The notes: generated from the letters alone by a model not told the origin. 64,000 bases of DNA from an uncultured Acidobacteriota bacterium (GCA_963770895.1 CAVYRF010000002.1:928001-992000), one strand, 5' to 3'. Positions 49,041 to 62,163 are shown, counted from the first letter of the stretch. Translations and numbers: made by a program.

Positions 49041-49250
49041 GCAAGCCCCCTGCCAGATCCGCCGCACCGCCGCCCCCCTCCGGCAAGCCATTTGTTATCA
49101 GCGCTTTGACACGCAATCCCCAGCCATCTCGACAGATTGTCCCAGGCAGCCGCGCGACAAAATGACCCAAGTTGCCCCGCCCCCCATACGCAGCCGCGGA
49201 TGGAGGCGTCCATTCAGCCCCTGAAAATGGCATGTGGGTCAAAATGTCCC
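49041..49250 (-). promoter_or_regulatory. Sigma54 promoter region: -24/-12 box, IHF-like site and two enhancer-like palindromes
   Basis: CTGGCAGGGGGCTTGC (GG-N10-GC) at 49056-49041; TATCAGCGCTTTG at 49096-49108; GCGACAAAATGACCC 49154-68 and GGGTCAAAATGTCCC 49236-50. Confidence 0.7.
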
Positions 49251-49289
49251 CGATTGCACCAGGAAGTCGCAGATGATTGAAGCGGACGT

Positions 49290-50762
49290 TCAAAAACCCT
49301 TGCGCTGGAGGGTTTTGCGATCGACGCCCAGGATCTTGGCGGCCTCGCTCTTGTTGCCGCCGGTCAGTTTGAGCACGCGGCTGATGTGGCGGCGTTCCAT
49401 GGCGCCCATGTCGAGCGGCTCCGGCGCCTGCTGCAACGGGGTGCCTAGCAGCGACCGGATGAGGTCGGCGTCGATCTCGCGGTCGGCCAGCGACACCGCG
49501 CCCTCCACCAGGTTTTGCAGCTCGCGCACGTTGCCGGGGAAGTCGTGGGCGATCAGCAGAGCCAGCGCTTCGGGGCGCAGCTGCGGCACCGGAATGCCCT
49601 CCCGCCGGCAGAACTCCTCGACGAAGGTGCGCACGAAGTGCGGGATGTCCTGCCGCCGCTCGCGCAGCGCCGGCAGCTCCAGCTCGACGCCCTTCAACCG
49701 GTAGTAGAGGTCTTCGCGAAACCGCCCCTCGCGCACCAGCGCTTCGATGTCCTGGTGGGTGGCGGCGACCAGCCGCACGTCCACCGGGATCGGCCGCCGC
49801 CCGCCGAGCCGCACCACCTCCCGCTCCTGCAGGGCGCGCAGGAGCTTGACCTGCAGCGAGGTCTGCATGTCGCCGATCTCGTCGAGCAGCAGGGTGCCAT
49901 GGTCCGCCAGCTCGAACTTGCCCGGCCGCGCCTGCACGCCGGTCGCCACCCCGCCCTCGATGCCGAACAGCTCGCTTTCCAGGAGCGATTCCGGCAGCGC
50001 CGCGCAGTTGACTGCGATCAGCGCCCCTTCGCGCCGCGAACGCAGGTGCAGGAGCTTGGCGATCAGCTCCTTGCCGGTGCCGCTTTCGCCCCGCACCAGG
50101 ACGTTGACGCTGCGCGGCGCCACCCGCTCGACGACCTCCAGCACGCGCCGCATCGGCGGCGCCGAAGCGACGATGCGCCGCCCCGCCACCTCGTCGGCCA
50201 GGAACCCTTTGAGCGTCTTGTTCTCTTCTTCGAGGCGCTCGCGCTGCGCCTCCAGCCGCTCGACCTGGCGCGCGGCGTCCAGGGCGACGCCTGCCAGCGC
50301 CGCCACCGAATCCAGGAACCGGCGGTCGTCGGCGGTGAACGCGGCGTCGGCGTCGCCGCGCACCTCCTTGTCGAGCACCGCGAGGTACCCCAGGTAGACG
50401 CCGCGGTAGGCCAGCGGCGTCGCCACCAGGTGCTGGTAGGCCCGCCCGGCCAGCGCTCCCGCGGCGCGCGCCAGCTGCCGCCCTTCGCTGAGCAGCTCGC
50501 GCCACAGCGGCGCCCCGAGCAGCGTCGCGCCGTCCGGCGTGGCGTCGGTCCAGCCGACCACCGCCACCCCGCGCGCGCCGCCGTAGCCGTCGCGCGTCAC
50601 CGCCACCGCCGCCGCCGGATCGAGCACCGCGCAGACGCGGCCCAGCAGCTCTTCGACCAGCTCCTGCTCGGCGCGCTGCGAGTGCAGGGCCAGGGCGAGG
50701 TCGTACAGCGTCTCCAGCTGGAGGATGCGCCGCTTTTCGATCAGGCTGACTTCGCTGCGCAC
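49290..50762 (-). CDS. GAF plus sigma54-interaction AAA+ plus Fis-HTH transcriptional regulator
   Basis: GESGTGKE, VNCAALPESLLESELFG, LLDEIGDM, FREDLYYRL, FPGNVREL, GNKSEAAKILG. Confidence 0.93.
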   Translation of the reverse strand: MRSEVSLIEKRRILQLETLYDLALALHSQRAEQELVEELLGRVCAVLDPAAAVAVTRDGYGGARGVAVVGWTDATPDGATLLGAPLWRELLSEGRQLARAAGALAGRAYQHLVATPLAYRGVYLGYLAVLDKEVRGDADAAFTADDRRFLDSVAALAGVALDAARQVERLEAQRERLEEENKTLKGFLADEVAGRRIVASAPPMRRVLEVVERVAPRSVNVLVRGESGTGKELIAKLLHLRSRREGALIAVNCAALPESLLESELFGIEGGVATGVQARPGKFELADHGTLLLDEIGDMQTSLQVKLLRALQEREVVRLGGRRPIPVDVRLVAATHQDIEALVREGRFREDLYYRLKGVELELPALRERRQDIPHFVRTFVEEFCRREGIPVPQLRPEALALLIAHDFPGNVRELQNLVEGAVSLADREIDADLIRSLLGTPLQQAPEPLDMGAMERRHISRVLKLTGGNKSEAAKILGVDRKTLQRKGF

Positions 50763-50829
50763 GCTCAGGAGCCCCGTGCCTTTCCCGGCGAATCGACTGC
50801 CGCCGCTGCCGCCGCTGCCGCCGCCCCGC

Positions 50830-53688
<2,859 letters not shown>

Positions 53689-53830
53689 GAATGGCTCACT
53701 CTAACAGACCGCGTGGAAGGGGAAACGGGCGGGCGGCTCGCCTGCCCATCCCCAGGAAGAACCGCCCCGCGGCGCGGAAACTTCCCGCGCCGGAGGTGGT
53801 GGGCGAGGCGGCGCGGCAGGGGGGTGTGGG

Positions 53831-55087
53831 TTAGAAGTCGACGTAGCCGCTGGCGGCGCGCACCCGGCAGCCGCTCTGGTCGACGCTGACCTTGACGTTG
53901 TGCCAGCTGCCGTCGTTCTTGACGTTGCTGGGATAGAAGCCGATGGCGTACTGCTCGCGCAGCTCCTGCATGATGCCGCGGAAGACGCCCTCGATGTCGG
54001 AGGTGCGCTCGATCCGCTGCACCCGCCCGCCGCTCTCGTCGACCGCCCGCTCCAGCTGGCGATAGTCCTTGTCGTTTTCGGCGTGGCCGCGCCACGAGCT
54101 GGTGTAGGACTTGTGCTTCTCGCCGCCGTCGAGCTGCAGCCAATAGATCAGCGACTGGCTGGCCTTCGCCTTGCGCAGCACGTCCGACATCGACAGCACG
54201 CTGTTGACGTCGGAACCGTCGGACAGCAGCACCACCACCCGCCGCCCCTGGCGCCCTTCCAGCATTTTGAGCGACATGTACAGGAAGTCGTCGACCGCGG
54301 TGCCGCCGCGCGCCTCGACGCCGGTCAACGCCGCTTCCAGGGCTGCATGATCGGAGGTGAAGTTGGTAACCCGCAACAGCTGGTCGGAGAACAGCGCCAG
54401 CATGGCTTCGTCGAGCGGCCGCATGCCGCCGATGAAGGCGCGCGCGCCGCTCTCGGCGGCGGCCAGCAGCTCGCCGCGCATGCTCTCGCTGGAATCGAGC
54501 AGCAGCACGGCGGTGATCGGCAGCTCGCCCTTGTCGAAGGTGACGATCGTCTGCGCGTCGCCGTTGTCGACGACGTGGAAATCCTGGGCGCCCAGGTTGA
54601 GGGTGCGCGCGTTGCCTTGGGTCACGGTGACAAAGAGCTGCTGCAGCCGCAGGCTCATCTGCTCGTCGATGCGCACCGGCAACGTCACCAGCTTGGCCTC
54701 GGCCGTGGCACCGCCCACCGCGTGGGCGACGGCGCGGAACTCCCGCTCGCGGTTGTCGTCGCCGACGTCGACCATCAACCGGTAGGGCGGCCGCCGCACC
54801 GTCCCGGCGGGTTTGCCGTCCACCAGCAGGTCGACGTGATCGATCGCTTCGGTGCCGCTCACCTGCACCTCGAACGCCACCTGTCCGAAGACCGGCTGGT
54901 CCGGCGCCGGCGTCACGATCCGCACCGCGACCGCCGCGCGCGCCGGCGCCGTCGCCAGCAGCGCACATCCGCCGGCGCTGACCAGGCCGGCGACCTGCGC
55001 CAGCGCGACCAGGGTGGCGCGGGAGACGAGGGACGCACGGGCAGAGAGGGTGCCGCCCGCCGCGGATGCAAACCGGGAGCGTCTCAT
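53831..55087 (-). CDS. Ig-like plus VWA domain secreted protein
   Basis: LLLDSSESM MIDAS, GGTAVDD, LLSDGSD, ELREQYAIGF. Confidence 0.88.
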   Translation of the reverse strand: MRRSRFASAAGGTLSARASLVSRATLVALAQVAGLVSAGGCALLATAPARAAVAVRIVTPAPDQPVFGQVAFEVQVSGTEAIDHVDLLVDGKPAGTVRRPPYRLMVDVGDDNREREFRAVAHAVGGATAEAKLVTLPVRIDEQMSLRLQQLFVTVTQGNARTLNLGAQDFHVVDNGDAQTIVTFDKGELPITAVLLLDSSESMRGELLAAAESGARAFIGGMRPLDEAMLALFSDQLLRVTNFTSDHAALEAALTGVEARGGTAVDDFLYMSLKMLEGRQGRRVVVLLSDGSDVNSVLSMSDVLRKAKASQSLIYWLQLDGGEKHKSYTSSWRGHAENDKDYRQLERAVDESGGRVQRIERTSDIEGVFRGIMQELREQYAIGFYPSNVKNDGSWHNVKVSVDQSGCRVRAASGYVDF

Positions 55088-56547
55088 GGCTGCTGCACCT
55101 CCGCCGGCCTGCCGGCCGCCGCTTCGTCGGGCGGCCGCACCGGCTCGCCCAGGGCCTGCTCCAGCACGCGCATGCGCGAGGCCACGTTTTCCTCGAAGAA
55201 GGTGCGCGAGGCGGCAACGGTGTCGGCGCCGCTGGTGTTGTAGCGGAACCGCGCGCCCTCGCTGCTTTCGGGGGCGGACAGGTTGAGCGTCGCGATCTCG
55301 TCGATCACCTGGCGCCCCTCCTTGACCTTCCCCTGGTGGTCCAGCGCGGCGGCCAGCTGGACGCGCATCCGCACGCTGCGCGGGTAGCGCTCCAAGCCCT
55401 GGCGCAGCACCTTTTCGGACGCCGCCGGAGCCCTTGTCTCGTGCAGCCGGGCCAGCTCCTCGAAGGCGAGCGGCAACACCCACGAGTCGCCGTGCTCGGC
55501 GGTCAGCACCTCCAGCAGCCTGGTCTCCTCCGCCGTCTTGCCCAGCCGCCCCAGGTTGATCGCCAGGCGCAGCCGCGCCTCCTGGTTGGTGGGATCGAGC
55601 GCCACCACCTTGCGCAGCCAGTTGGCGGCGCTCTGGTACTGCTCGAACTTCTCGTAGATCAGCCCCAGGTTGAGCGCCGGCGCCGGGTTGCGCGGGTCGA
55701 GCTCCGCCGCCTGGGTATAGAGCTCGGCCGCCGATTCGTGCTGGGCGCCGCGCCGCAGCAGGTCGCCCAGCACGGTGAGCACGTGGCTCGCCACCAGGGT
55801 GGCGCCTTCGCTGCCGGACTGCTTGCGATAGAGCAGAGCCAGGTCGCGGACCATGGTGCGCGAGTGGTTTTCCACCAGCGCGTGCCCCATGGGCGGCTGC
55901 CGGAGATAGGCCTGGTAGACCTCGAAATGCATGCGGGCGATCGGCAGCAACACTTCCAGGTCGGCCGCCGCCACCTGGTCGATGACCGCCTCTTCCGCCT
56001 TGAGCAGCTTTTTGGCGGTGCGGGCGTCGCTGTCGCGCACCACCCTGGTTTCGAGCGCGCCCAGCTCGCCGCAGGCCACCTCGGACTTGCCGGCCGCCCA
56101 ATGCATCATCGCCTGCCGGTAGAGCGCCTGCACGCGCTCACCCTCGGGCTGCTCGCCGGGCGCAAGCGGCGGCACCGGCGCCGCCGGAGCCATGGCCGCG
56201 GCGCGACCGCCGGGACCCATGCGAGTGCCGGGCGCCGGCGGCGGCGGCACGGCGCCGGGAGCGAACGGGTCGGGCTTGCTGAACAGCACTCCGGACCAGG
56301 GATCGCCGCCGCCGCCCACCGGCGCGGTGGTGGTGACCATCGGCGCGGGCGCCGACGCGCCGGACGGCGAGGGCGCCCCCGCCGGAGACCCCAGCGAAGC
56401 GCCCTGCTGCAAACCCTTGGGATGGGATGCGGCCAGCGCGCCCGCGGCACCGGCGCCGGCGACCAGAACGGCCGCCAGGGCTACCTTGGTCCGTGGAAAA
56501 GTCCGGCGATGCGCGGCCGCGACGACTCCAAACGGCGATCTGACCAT
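55084..56547 (-). CDS. Secreted TPR-repeat protein
   Basis: Signal-like N-terminus; AAELDPRN..LNLG, VALDPTNQEARLRLA; GGAGG SD. Confidence 0.82.
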   Translation of the reverse strand: MVRSPFGVVAAAHRRTFPRTKVALAAVLVAGAGAAGALAASHPKGLQQGASLGSPAGAPSPSGASAPAPMVTTTAPVGGGGDPWSGVLFSKPDPFAPGAVPPPPAPGTRMGPGGRAAAMAPAAPVPPLAPGEQPEGERVQALYRQAMMHWAAGKSEVACGELGALETRVVRDSDARTAKKLLKAEEAVIDQVAAADLEVLLPIARMHFEVYQAYLRQPPMGHALVENHSRTMVRDLALLYRKQSGSEGATLVASHVLTVLGDLLRRGAQHESAAELYTQAAELDPRNPAPALNLGLIYEKFEQYQSAANWLRKVVALDPTNQEARLRLAINLGRLGKTAEETRLLEVLTAEHGDSWVLPLAFEELARLHETRAPAASEKVLRQGLERYPRSVRMRVQLAAALDHQGKVKEGRQVIDEIATLNLSAPESSEGARFRYNTSGADTVAASRTFFEENVASRMRVLEQALGEPVRPPDEAAAGRPAEVQQP

Positions 56548-56791
56548 GCTGGCCTCCCTAAGTCGATGTCAGAACGTACCACAGACATCAAACAATGCGC
56601 AAGCCAGTGTCATGCGATTGCAGAATTGGAGATACCGCGCACAGTATCCGCCAGCGTTTGCGCATTCTGTTGCAGGGCTCGAACGACGTCCAGGGACGCG
56701 GGATGGAAGAGAGCTGCGGGACCTGCGGCCCGCCGGCGCTTGGCACACCGGCGGGCGGGAGAGCACTGCGAAGGTCGCTTTTGGCGGCGGA

Positions 56792-58165
56792 TCAGTGCTT
56801 CTTGCGGTGGCCGCCGCCGTTGGTGGCGACCGGTTCCTTCGGCACCAGCACCTCGGCCAGGTTGGCCGCGGCCTGAGGAGAGAACAGGTACCGCGTCCAG
56901 ACCGTCCTGGCCACCGCCTTGCGCGCTGACGCCGCGGCGGCTTCGGGGGCCGGTTCGGAGAACATCGAAGGCGCCAGGTCGGCCGCCGGGATGTCGGCGC
57001 CGAACTGGGCGTTGATCGCGGCGATGAAGGCGTTGGCGACGTAGGCGTAGCCGAACGCCGTGGGATGCACGCCGTCGTAGCCGAACACGCCGCCGGTGAG
57101 GAAGTCGGCGTTGAACGCCACGCCGCCCACTTCGATGCCGGAGGAGGCCAGCTGGGCGAGCAGCGAATTGACGTCCACGTAGGCCGCTCCCAGCTGGCTG
57201 GCGGTCGCCTGGATGATCTGGTTGTACTGCTGCACCGCGGCGTCGATCGTCGCCGCGTCGCCGGCGGTGAGCACCACCGAGGCCGGCAGCCCCTTGCCGG
57301 TGCCGCCCAGCGCCGCCGGAATGCCCACCCCGGCCGCCAGGTAGGCGCTGGCCGGGAGCAGCACGTGGTCGTCCGCCGCCAGCGGCCCATTGGGACCGAG
57401 GATCGGCACCGGCGCGCCGCCGATCAGGACCAGCTGGTTGGTGGCCGGATTCACCACGAAGGGCGGAATGGTGGTCACGAACGGAATGCTGGTGACGTCA
57501 GGGATGTTGGCCAGCGCCATCTTGGCGCCGGTCGTCGCCAGCGCGCCGGCGATCTCGGTGTACTCGCTCTGGAAGGTGGCGACCGGGGTGAGCAGCGCGA
57601 CGTTGCCCGAGGTCGCCGCGCCCAGCGCGTCGTTGTTGCCGATCCACAGCGTCACAAAGGTCGGCTTGGACCCCACCGCTTCTTCCAGCTGGGTGCCGAA
57701 GCCGCGCAGGATGATGTCGTGGAAGCCGGGCGTGAAGGGCGGCACCTGGGTGTCGCTCTTGATCGTCAGCATGCTGGTCAACGTTTCGCCGGGGATGCCC
57801 AGGTTGTTGTAGGGGACCGGCAGGGTGAGGTTTTCGGGCGCCCCTTCGCCGGCCACGGGCGTGATGTCGGTCGGGAACAGGCCGACCAGGTGCAGGATGC
57901 CCGGGATGCCCGGCGGCGAGATCAGCGGCTGCTGGAAGTTGAGCGTGCCGGCCGTCGCCTGGTTGGCGATGATCGAGGGGTAGTCGCGCTTCTGCGCGAT
58001 GTCGATCAGGCTGGCGCTGGTGTAGCCGGCGGTGAGGCTGTCGCCGCACGAGACGTAGTTGGTGAAGTCGGCGGAGCCGGTATTGACGGCGAAAGCCGCG
58101 CCCGGTGCCGCCAGCAGCGGAAGGGCGAGCGCCAGCAGCGGGGCGAGTGCGCGGTTACGGTTCAT
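56792..58165 (-). CDS. Secreted SGNH/GDSL hydrolase
   Basis: GDSLTAG, NNLGIPG, WIGNND, DGVHP. Confidence 0.9.
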   Translation of the reverse strand: MNRNRALAPLLALALPLLAAPGAAFAVNTGSADFTNYVSCGDSLTAGYTSASLIDIAQKRDYPSIIANQATAGTLNFQQPLISPPGIPGILHLVGLFPTDITPVAGEGAPENLTLPVPYNNLGIPGETLTSMLTIKSDTQVPPFTPGFHDIILRGFGTQLEEAVGSKPTFVTLWIGNNDALGAATSGNVALLTPVATFQSEYTEIAGALATTGAKMALANIPDVTSIPFVTTIPPFVVNPATNQLVLIGGAPVPILGPNGPLAADDHVLLPASAYLAAGVGIPAALGGTGKGLPASVVLTAGDAATIDAAVQQYNQIIQATASQLGAAYVDVNSLLAQLASSGIEVGGVAFNADFLTGGVFGYDGVHPTAFGYAYVANAFIAAINAQFGADIPAADLAPSMFSEPAPEAAAASARKAVARTVWTRYLFSPQAAANLAEVLVPKEPVATNGGGHRKKH

Positions 58166-58185
58166 GGCGTGGTCTCCTCGCGTGC

Positions 58186-59562
58186 TTACTGGTGGAATCC
58201 GACAGTCAGGCTGACCAGCAGGGCGCGCGTGCTGTAGGTGCCGTAGAAGGGGCCCAGCTGATCGTCGGAGAAGGTGGAGGTGCGGGTGCGGTCGGCAAAG
58301 AACAGGTACATGACGCCCAGGTCGACGCTGGTGTGCGCGCCGTACCAGCCGGCGCCGACGGTGACGCCGTTGCGGTTGGCGTCGGGCAGCAGCGGATTGA
58401 CCGTCTCGGTCGGCTGCGGGCTCTGGTCGAACACGTAGCCCAGGCGCCACTTCCACATCGGGCTGGAGGCCCATTCGAGGCCGCCGCGCACCGCGTACGA
58501 ATCCTTCCACCGCTCGACGATCGATTCGTTGGCCAGCTGCCCACCGGGGAAGTTGATGTCCACCTGGTCGAAGCGGCCCCAGCCGAACCAGTTGCCGTCG
58601 ACTTCGAGGGTCAGCGACGGCATGATCTTGTAGCCGACGCCGATGCCGCCCTGGCCGGGGTACTTGATCTCGGTCTTGACCGGGATCGGGGTGTTGAAGG
58701 GGGTGGTGGCGGCCACCAGCGCGTCGAACGTCGGGTCGCCGCTGGTGCGCGGGAAGAGCGTCGCGTTGCCCGTATAGTTGACGTTGATCTGGCTGCGGTA
58801 GGTGGCGCCGAACGACCAGACGTCGTTCTTCCACAGGATGCCGATGTCGCCGCCGAAGCCGTCGTCATAGTTGCTGCGCAGCTTGACCTTGGCGACGTTG
58901 ACCACCTGCAGGGTGAAGGGGTCTTCAGACGGCACGTCCCGTTCCAGCGTGACGTCGGAGACGCGGATGATCGCGCCCAGGCCGATGCCGAAGTTGGGGG
59001 TCACCTGGAACGACACGGTGGGATTGATGTCGAAGTCGTGGATCGCCGCCAGCGTCGACAGGTAGCGGCCGGAGAACGTGTCGGGATTGTTCCATTGGGT
59101 GGTCAAGCCGAACGGCGTTTCGATGCCCAGGCCCACCTGCAGCGTCGGCGTGATCGGCTGGATGTAGTAGGCATGCGGCGGGAACACCTGCAGGCGGTGC
59201 TCCGACGCGTTGGACCCCACACCCGGGAAGGGATTGGCGCCCTGGAAGCTGGCGCGCGTTTCGGTGATGTAGGTGGCCCCGACCGAGCCCGCCGCCTTGC
59301 TGAAGAACGCCATGCCGCCGGGATTGAAGAAGATGACGGACGGGTCGTCGCTCTGCGCGATGACGGCGTCGCCCATGCCGGTGGCCTTGGCGCTCTGCTC
59401 GTAGATGCTGAAGCCCGCCGCGTACGCCGGAGGGGCGGTCATGGTGGCCATCGCCAGGGTTGCCAGGGTCGCCGACACCGCCAGCGCCGCCGTTGCCAAC
59501 GCCGGCGAGACGGCCATCCGGGCGACCGTGGCCTTGAAGGTGAGTGCTCCTCTCCTGCGCAT
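58186..59562 (-). CDS. FadL/OmpP1/TodX outer-membrane transporter
   Basis: AGFSIYEQSAKATGMG, DDPSVIFFNPGG, PFGL, LPDANR. Confidence 0.9.
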   Translation of the reverse strand: MRRRGALTFKATVARMAVSPALATAALAVSATLATLAMATMTAPPAYAAGFSIYEQSAKATGMGDAVIAQSDDPSVIFFNPGGMAFFSKAAGSVGATYITETRASFQGANPFPGVGSNASEHRLQVFPPHAYYIQPITPTLQVGLGIETPFGLTTQWNNPDTFSGRYLSTLAAIHDFDINPTVSFQVTPNFGIGLGAIIRVSDVTLERDVPSEDPFTLQVVNVAKVKLRSNYDDGFGGDIGILWKNDVWSFGATYRSQINVNYTGNATLFPRTSGDPTFDALVAATTPFNTPIPVKTEIKYPGQGGIGVGYKIMPSLTLEVDGNWFGWGRFDQVDINFPGGQLANESIVERWKDSYAVRGGLEWASSPMWKWRLGYVFDQSPQPTETVNPLLPDANRNGVTVGAGWYGAHTSVDLGVMYLFFADRTRTSTFSDDQLGPFYGTYSTRALLVSLTVGFHQ

Positions 59563-59859
59563 CCCTTGGATCCTCCTTGCAATCACATCAGTTGACCGCG
59601 ACTTCGCTCCCGGTGGGCGGCCCTGGAGGTGGGCGTAAAGGCCTGTCGAGAGGCTGAGCACGGAGGCGTCAGACGCGCGGAATCTATTCGAACGTTAGTC
59701 GCAAGCGTTCGGGGTGTCAATGCTGCGACAGCCGGCACCGCGCCAGGGCGGACGCGCCGGTCCGCGCCGCCCGCGCCGGGCGCCCGGCACAGGGCGCGAG
59801 ACATGCTGCTAGAGTTAGGGCCGCGCCCAGGCGCGGCACCGGAAGAGAGGCAGGCACCC

Positions 59860-60339
59860 ATGGAGTTCGAAAGCGAGATCCACGCGGACACGTTCCACCG
59901 GCTCAAGGAGTATCTGGGGGAGCTTTTCGAGGAGCCCTTCCACGATCCCGAGAACGACCACTTCTATGTCCGCTACGGCACCACCGTGCTGGAGATCTCC
60001 GTCGCACCCTACGGCGACGAAGAAGCGATCGTCGTCATCATGTCGTATTGCGTCCAGGACGTGGAGCTGGCCGAAGACCTGCTGCTCGGCCTGCTGGAGC
60101 TCAATCACCAGCTGCCGTGCGGCTCTTTTTCGCTGGTCGGCAACGACATCTTCTTCTCGCACTCGCTCTTCGGCCGCGGTCTGGAACCGCGCGACCTGCT
60201 GCGCGCCATCACCGCGGTGGCAACGGTGGCCGACGACTACGACGACCGCATCGTCGCGCGCTACGGCGGCCAGACCGCGCTCGAACGCATTCAGGACACC
60301 GGCGGCCGCCGCCGGCGCCAGGGCCTGGGCGACGACTGA
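59860..60339 (+). CDS. YbjN/T3SS-chaperone-like protein
   Basis: FYVRYGTT, LLELNHQL..GSFSL, ADDYDDRIVARYGG. Confidence 0.75.
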   Translation: MEFESEIHADTFHRLKEYLGELFEEPFHDPENDHFYVRYGTTVLEISVAPYGDEEAIVVIMSYCVQDVELAEDLLLGLLELNHQLPCGSFSLVGNDIFFSHSLFGRGLEPRDLLRAITAVATVADDYDDRIVARYGGQTALERIQDTGGRRRRQGLGDD

Positions 60340-60367
60340 CGTCGCCGCTCGCCGCTGACACCGCTAG

Positions 60368-60865
60368 TCACCGCCGGCCCTCCTTCATCCCCTCGGCCGC
60401 CTCGCGGTCCAGCTCCTTGCGCTTTTCGGTTTCGCGCTTGTCGTACAGCTTCTTGCCTTGCGCCAGGGCGATCTCCACCTTGATCCAGTTGCCCTTCAGA
60501 TAGATGGACAGCGGCACCACGGTGTACCCCTTGAGCAGGGTGCGGCCGAACAGGCGCTCGATCTGGCGCCGCTTGAGCAGCAGGCGCCGGGGGCGCTCCG
60601 GCGGGTGGTTCTCGCGGTTGCCGTGGCTGTAGTGGCTGATGTGGGCGCCGACCAGGAAGGCCTGGCCGTCGTGAAACTCGACAAAGCTGTCCTTGAGCTG
60701 CACCCTGCCGGCACGGATCGATTTGACCTCGGTGCCCTGGAGCTGCAAGCCGGCTTCGAACGATTCGAGGATGTGGTAGTCGTGTTGCGCGCGGCGATTG
60801 CTCGCCAGCCGGGTGGGTGGTGCCGCCGGGTCGCGCTTTGTGCCGGGTTTGGGTGCCGCCGCCAT
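60368..60865 (-). CDS. smpB: SsrA-binding protein
   Basis: NRRAQHDY, EAGLQLQGTEVKSIR, GKKLYDKRE. Confidence 0.96.
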   Translation of the reverse strand: MAAAPKPGTKRDPAAPPTRLASNRRAQHDYHILESFEAGLQLQGTEVKSIRAGRVQLKDSFVEFHDGQAFLVGAHISHYSHGNRENHPPERPRRLLLKRRQIERLFGRTLLKGYTVVPLSIYLKGNWIKVEIALAQGKKLYDKRETEKRKELDREAAEGMKEGRR

Positions 60866-61018
60866 GATGCGGCTAAGTCTACTTGCATCGGGCATGATGC
60901 GCTTCTGCATCACCACGTGGTGCGTAAAAGCCACACCACCTTGCGCCAGGGCGCGGCACCGCCCTGTAGAAAGCACTTCAAACCCCTCCCAGGTAACACT
61001 TTAGCCCGTCCGGGACGG

Positions 61019-61035
61019 CTGGCATCGAGCCTGCA
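61019..61035 (+). promoter_or_regulatory. Sigma54 -24/-12 promoter upstream of lpxC
   Basis: CTGGCATCGAGCCTGCA (GG-N10-GC). Confidence 0.6.
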
Positions 61036-61059
61036 CAGCAGAAATGCCGACCGTCATCC

Positions 61060-62079
61060 ATGGACGACCCAATGCCCAAGACATCCAACCACTCGCACCC
61101 GTCCACAGCCACCACCGCCCACCCGACGCATCCGCTCTTCCGTCAAAAGACCATCGCCCGCCAGACCGGGATCACCGGCGTGGGCATCCATACCGGCCGG
61201 CCCATCCACCTGGAGCTGTACCCCGCTCCCGCCGGCACCGGCATCGTGTTCCGCCGCACCGACAGCGGCGGCGTCGAGATCCCGGCCCTGGCCAGCGAAG
61301 TCAGCTCGGTCGAGCTGGCGACGACGCTGGGACGCGACGACGTGACGATCTCGACCGTCGAGCACCTGCTGGCAGCCATCCGGGCCTGCGACATCGACAA
61401 CGTGCGCATCGACCTCGACGGACCCGAAGTCCCCATCCTGGACGGCTCGGCGCTGCCTTTCGTGCACCTCCTTGACGCAGCGGGAGTGCGGTGGCAGGGA
61501 GCGCCGCGCCGCATCATGGCGATCACCGCGCCGCTCACCGTCGAGCTGGGCGGCAAGCGCATCCGCGCCTCGCCCTTCCCCGGCCTGCGGGTGAGCTACC
61601 AGATCGACTTCGCGGTGCCGGCCATCGGCCACCAGGAAACGGACGTGGTGGTGGATCGCGACTCGTTCGTGCGCGAGCTGGCGCCGGCGCGCACCTTCGC
61701 GCTGCTGGCAGACGTCGAATGGCTGCACCGCCGCGGCCTGGGTCTGGGCGGCAGCCTGGACAACTGCGTCATTTTCAGCCCCGAAGGCCCCGCCAACACG
61801 CAGCTGCGCTACCCCGACGAGCCGGTGCGGCACAAGGCGCTGGACGTGATCGGCGACCTGGCGCTGACCGGCGCGCCGCTGTGGGCCCACATCGAAGTGG
61901 AGCGCGGCGGCCATCAGGTGCACTACTCGCTGGTGGAAGCGATCCGCGAGCGCACCGCCTGCTGGACCTGGATCGACGGTCTGGACAAGGTAGCCGCGGC
62001 GGTCGCCACGGCGGACGGCGACCGCGCCCTGGCGGCGGCGGACTGCGCCGGCCATCCGATGCAGCGGCTGGCCACCTGA
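61060..62079 (+). CDS. lpxC: UDP-3-O-acyl-N-acetylglucosamine deacetylase
   Basis: GVGIHTG, STVEHLLA, EVPILDGSA, APARTF, RHKALDVIGDL. Confidence 0.95.
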   Translation: MDDPMPKTSNHSHPSTATTAHPTHPLFRQKTIARQTGITGVGIHTGRPIHLELYPAPAGTGIVFRRTDSGGVEIPALASEVSSVELATTLGRDDVTISTVEHLLAAIRACDIDNVRIDLDGPEVPILDGSALPFVHLLDAAGVRWQGAPRRIMAITAPLTVELGGKRIRASPFPGLRVSYQIDFAVPAIGHQETDVVVDRDSFVRELAPARTFALLADVEWLHRRGLGLGGSLDNCVIFSPEGPANTQLRYPDEPVRHKALDVIGDLALTGAPLWAHIEVERGGHQVHYSLVEAIRERTACWTWIDGLDKVAAAVATADGDRALAAADCAGHPMQRLAT

Positions 62080-62085
62080 CCTGGG

Positions 62086-62128
62086 GCCGGTGTCCCGTCC
62101 GGGACACCGGCGCCGGACGGTATCCGGC
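62086..62128 (+). terminator. Tandem GC-rich hairpins after lpxC (no U-tract)
   Basis: GCCGGTGTCCC-GTCC-GGGACACCGGC then GCCGGA-CGGTA-TCCGGC. Confidence 0.45.
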
Positions 62129-62163
62129 CGCTGTCGCAGCGGGGTGCTAGACTCGCTCGGTTC

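Noticed and set aside
53689-53830. LexA box upstream of uvrA
   Set aside because: No recognisable SOS-box pattern seen.
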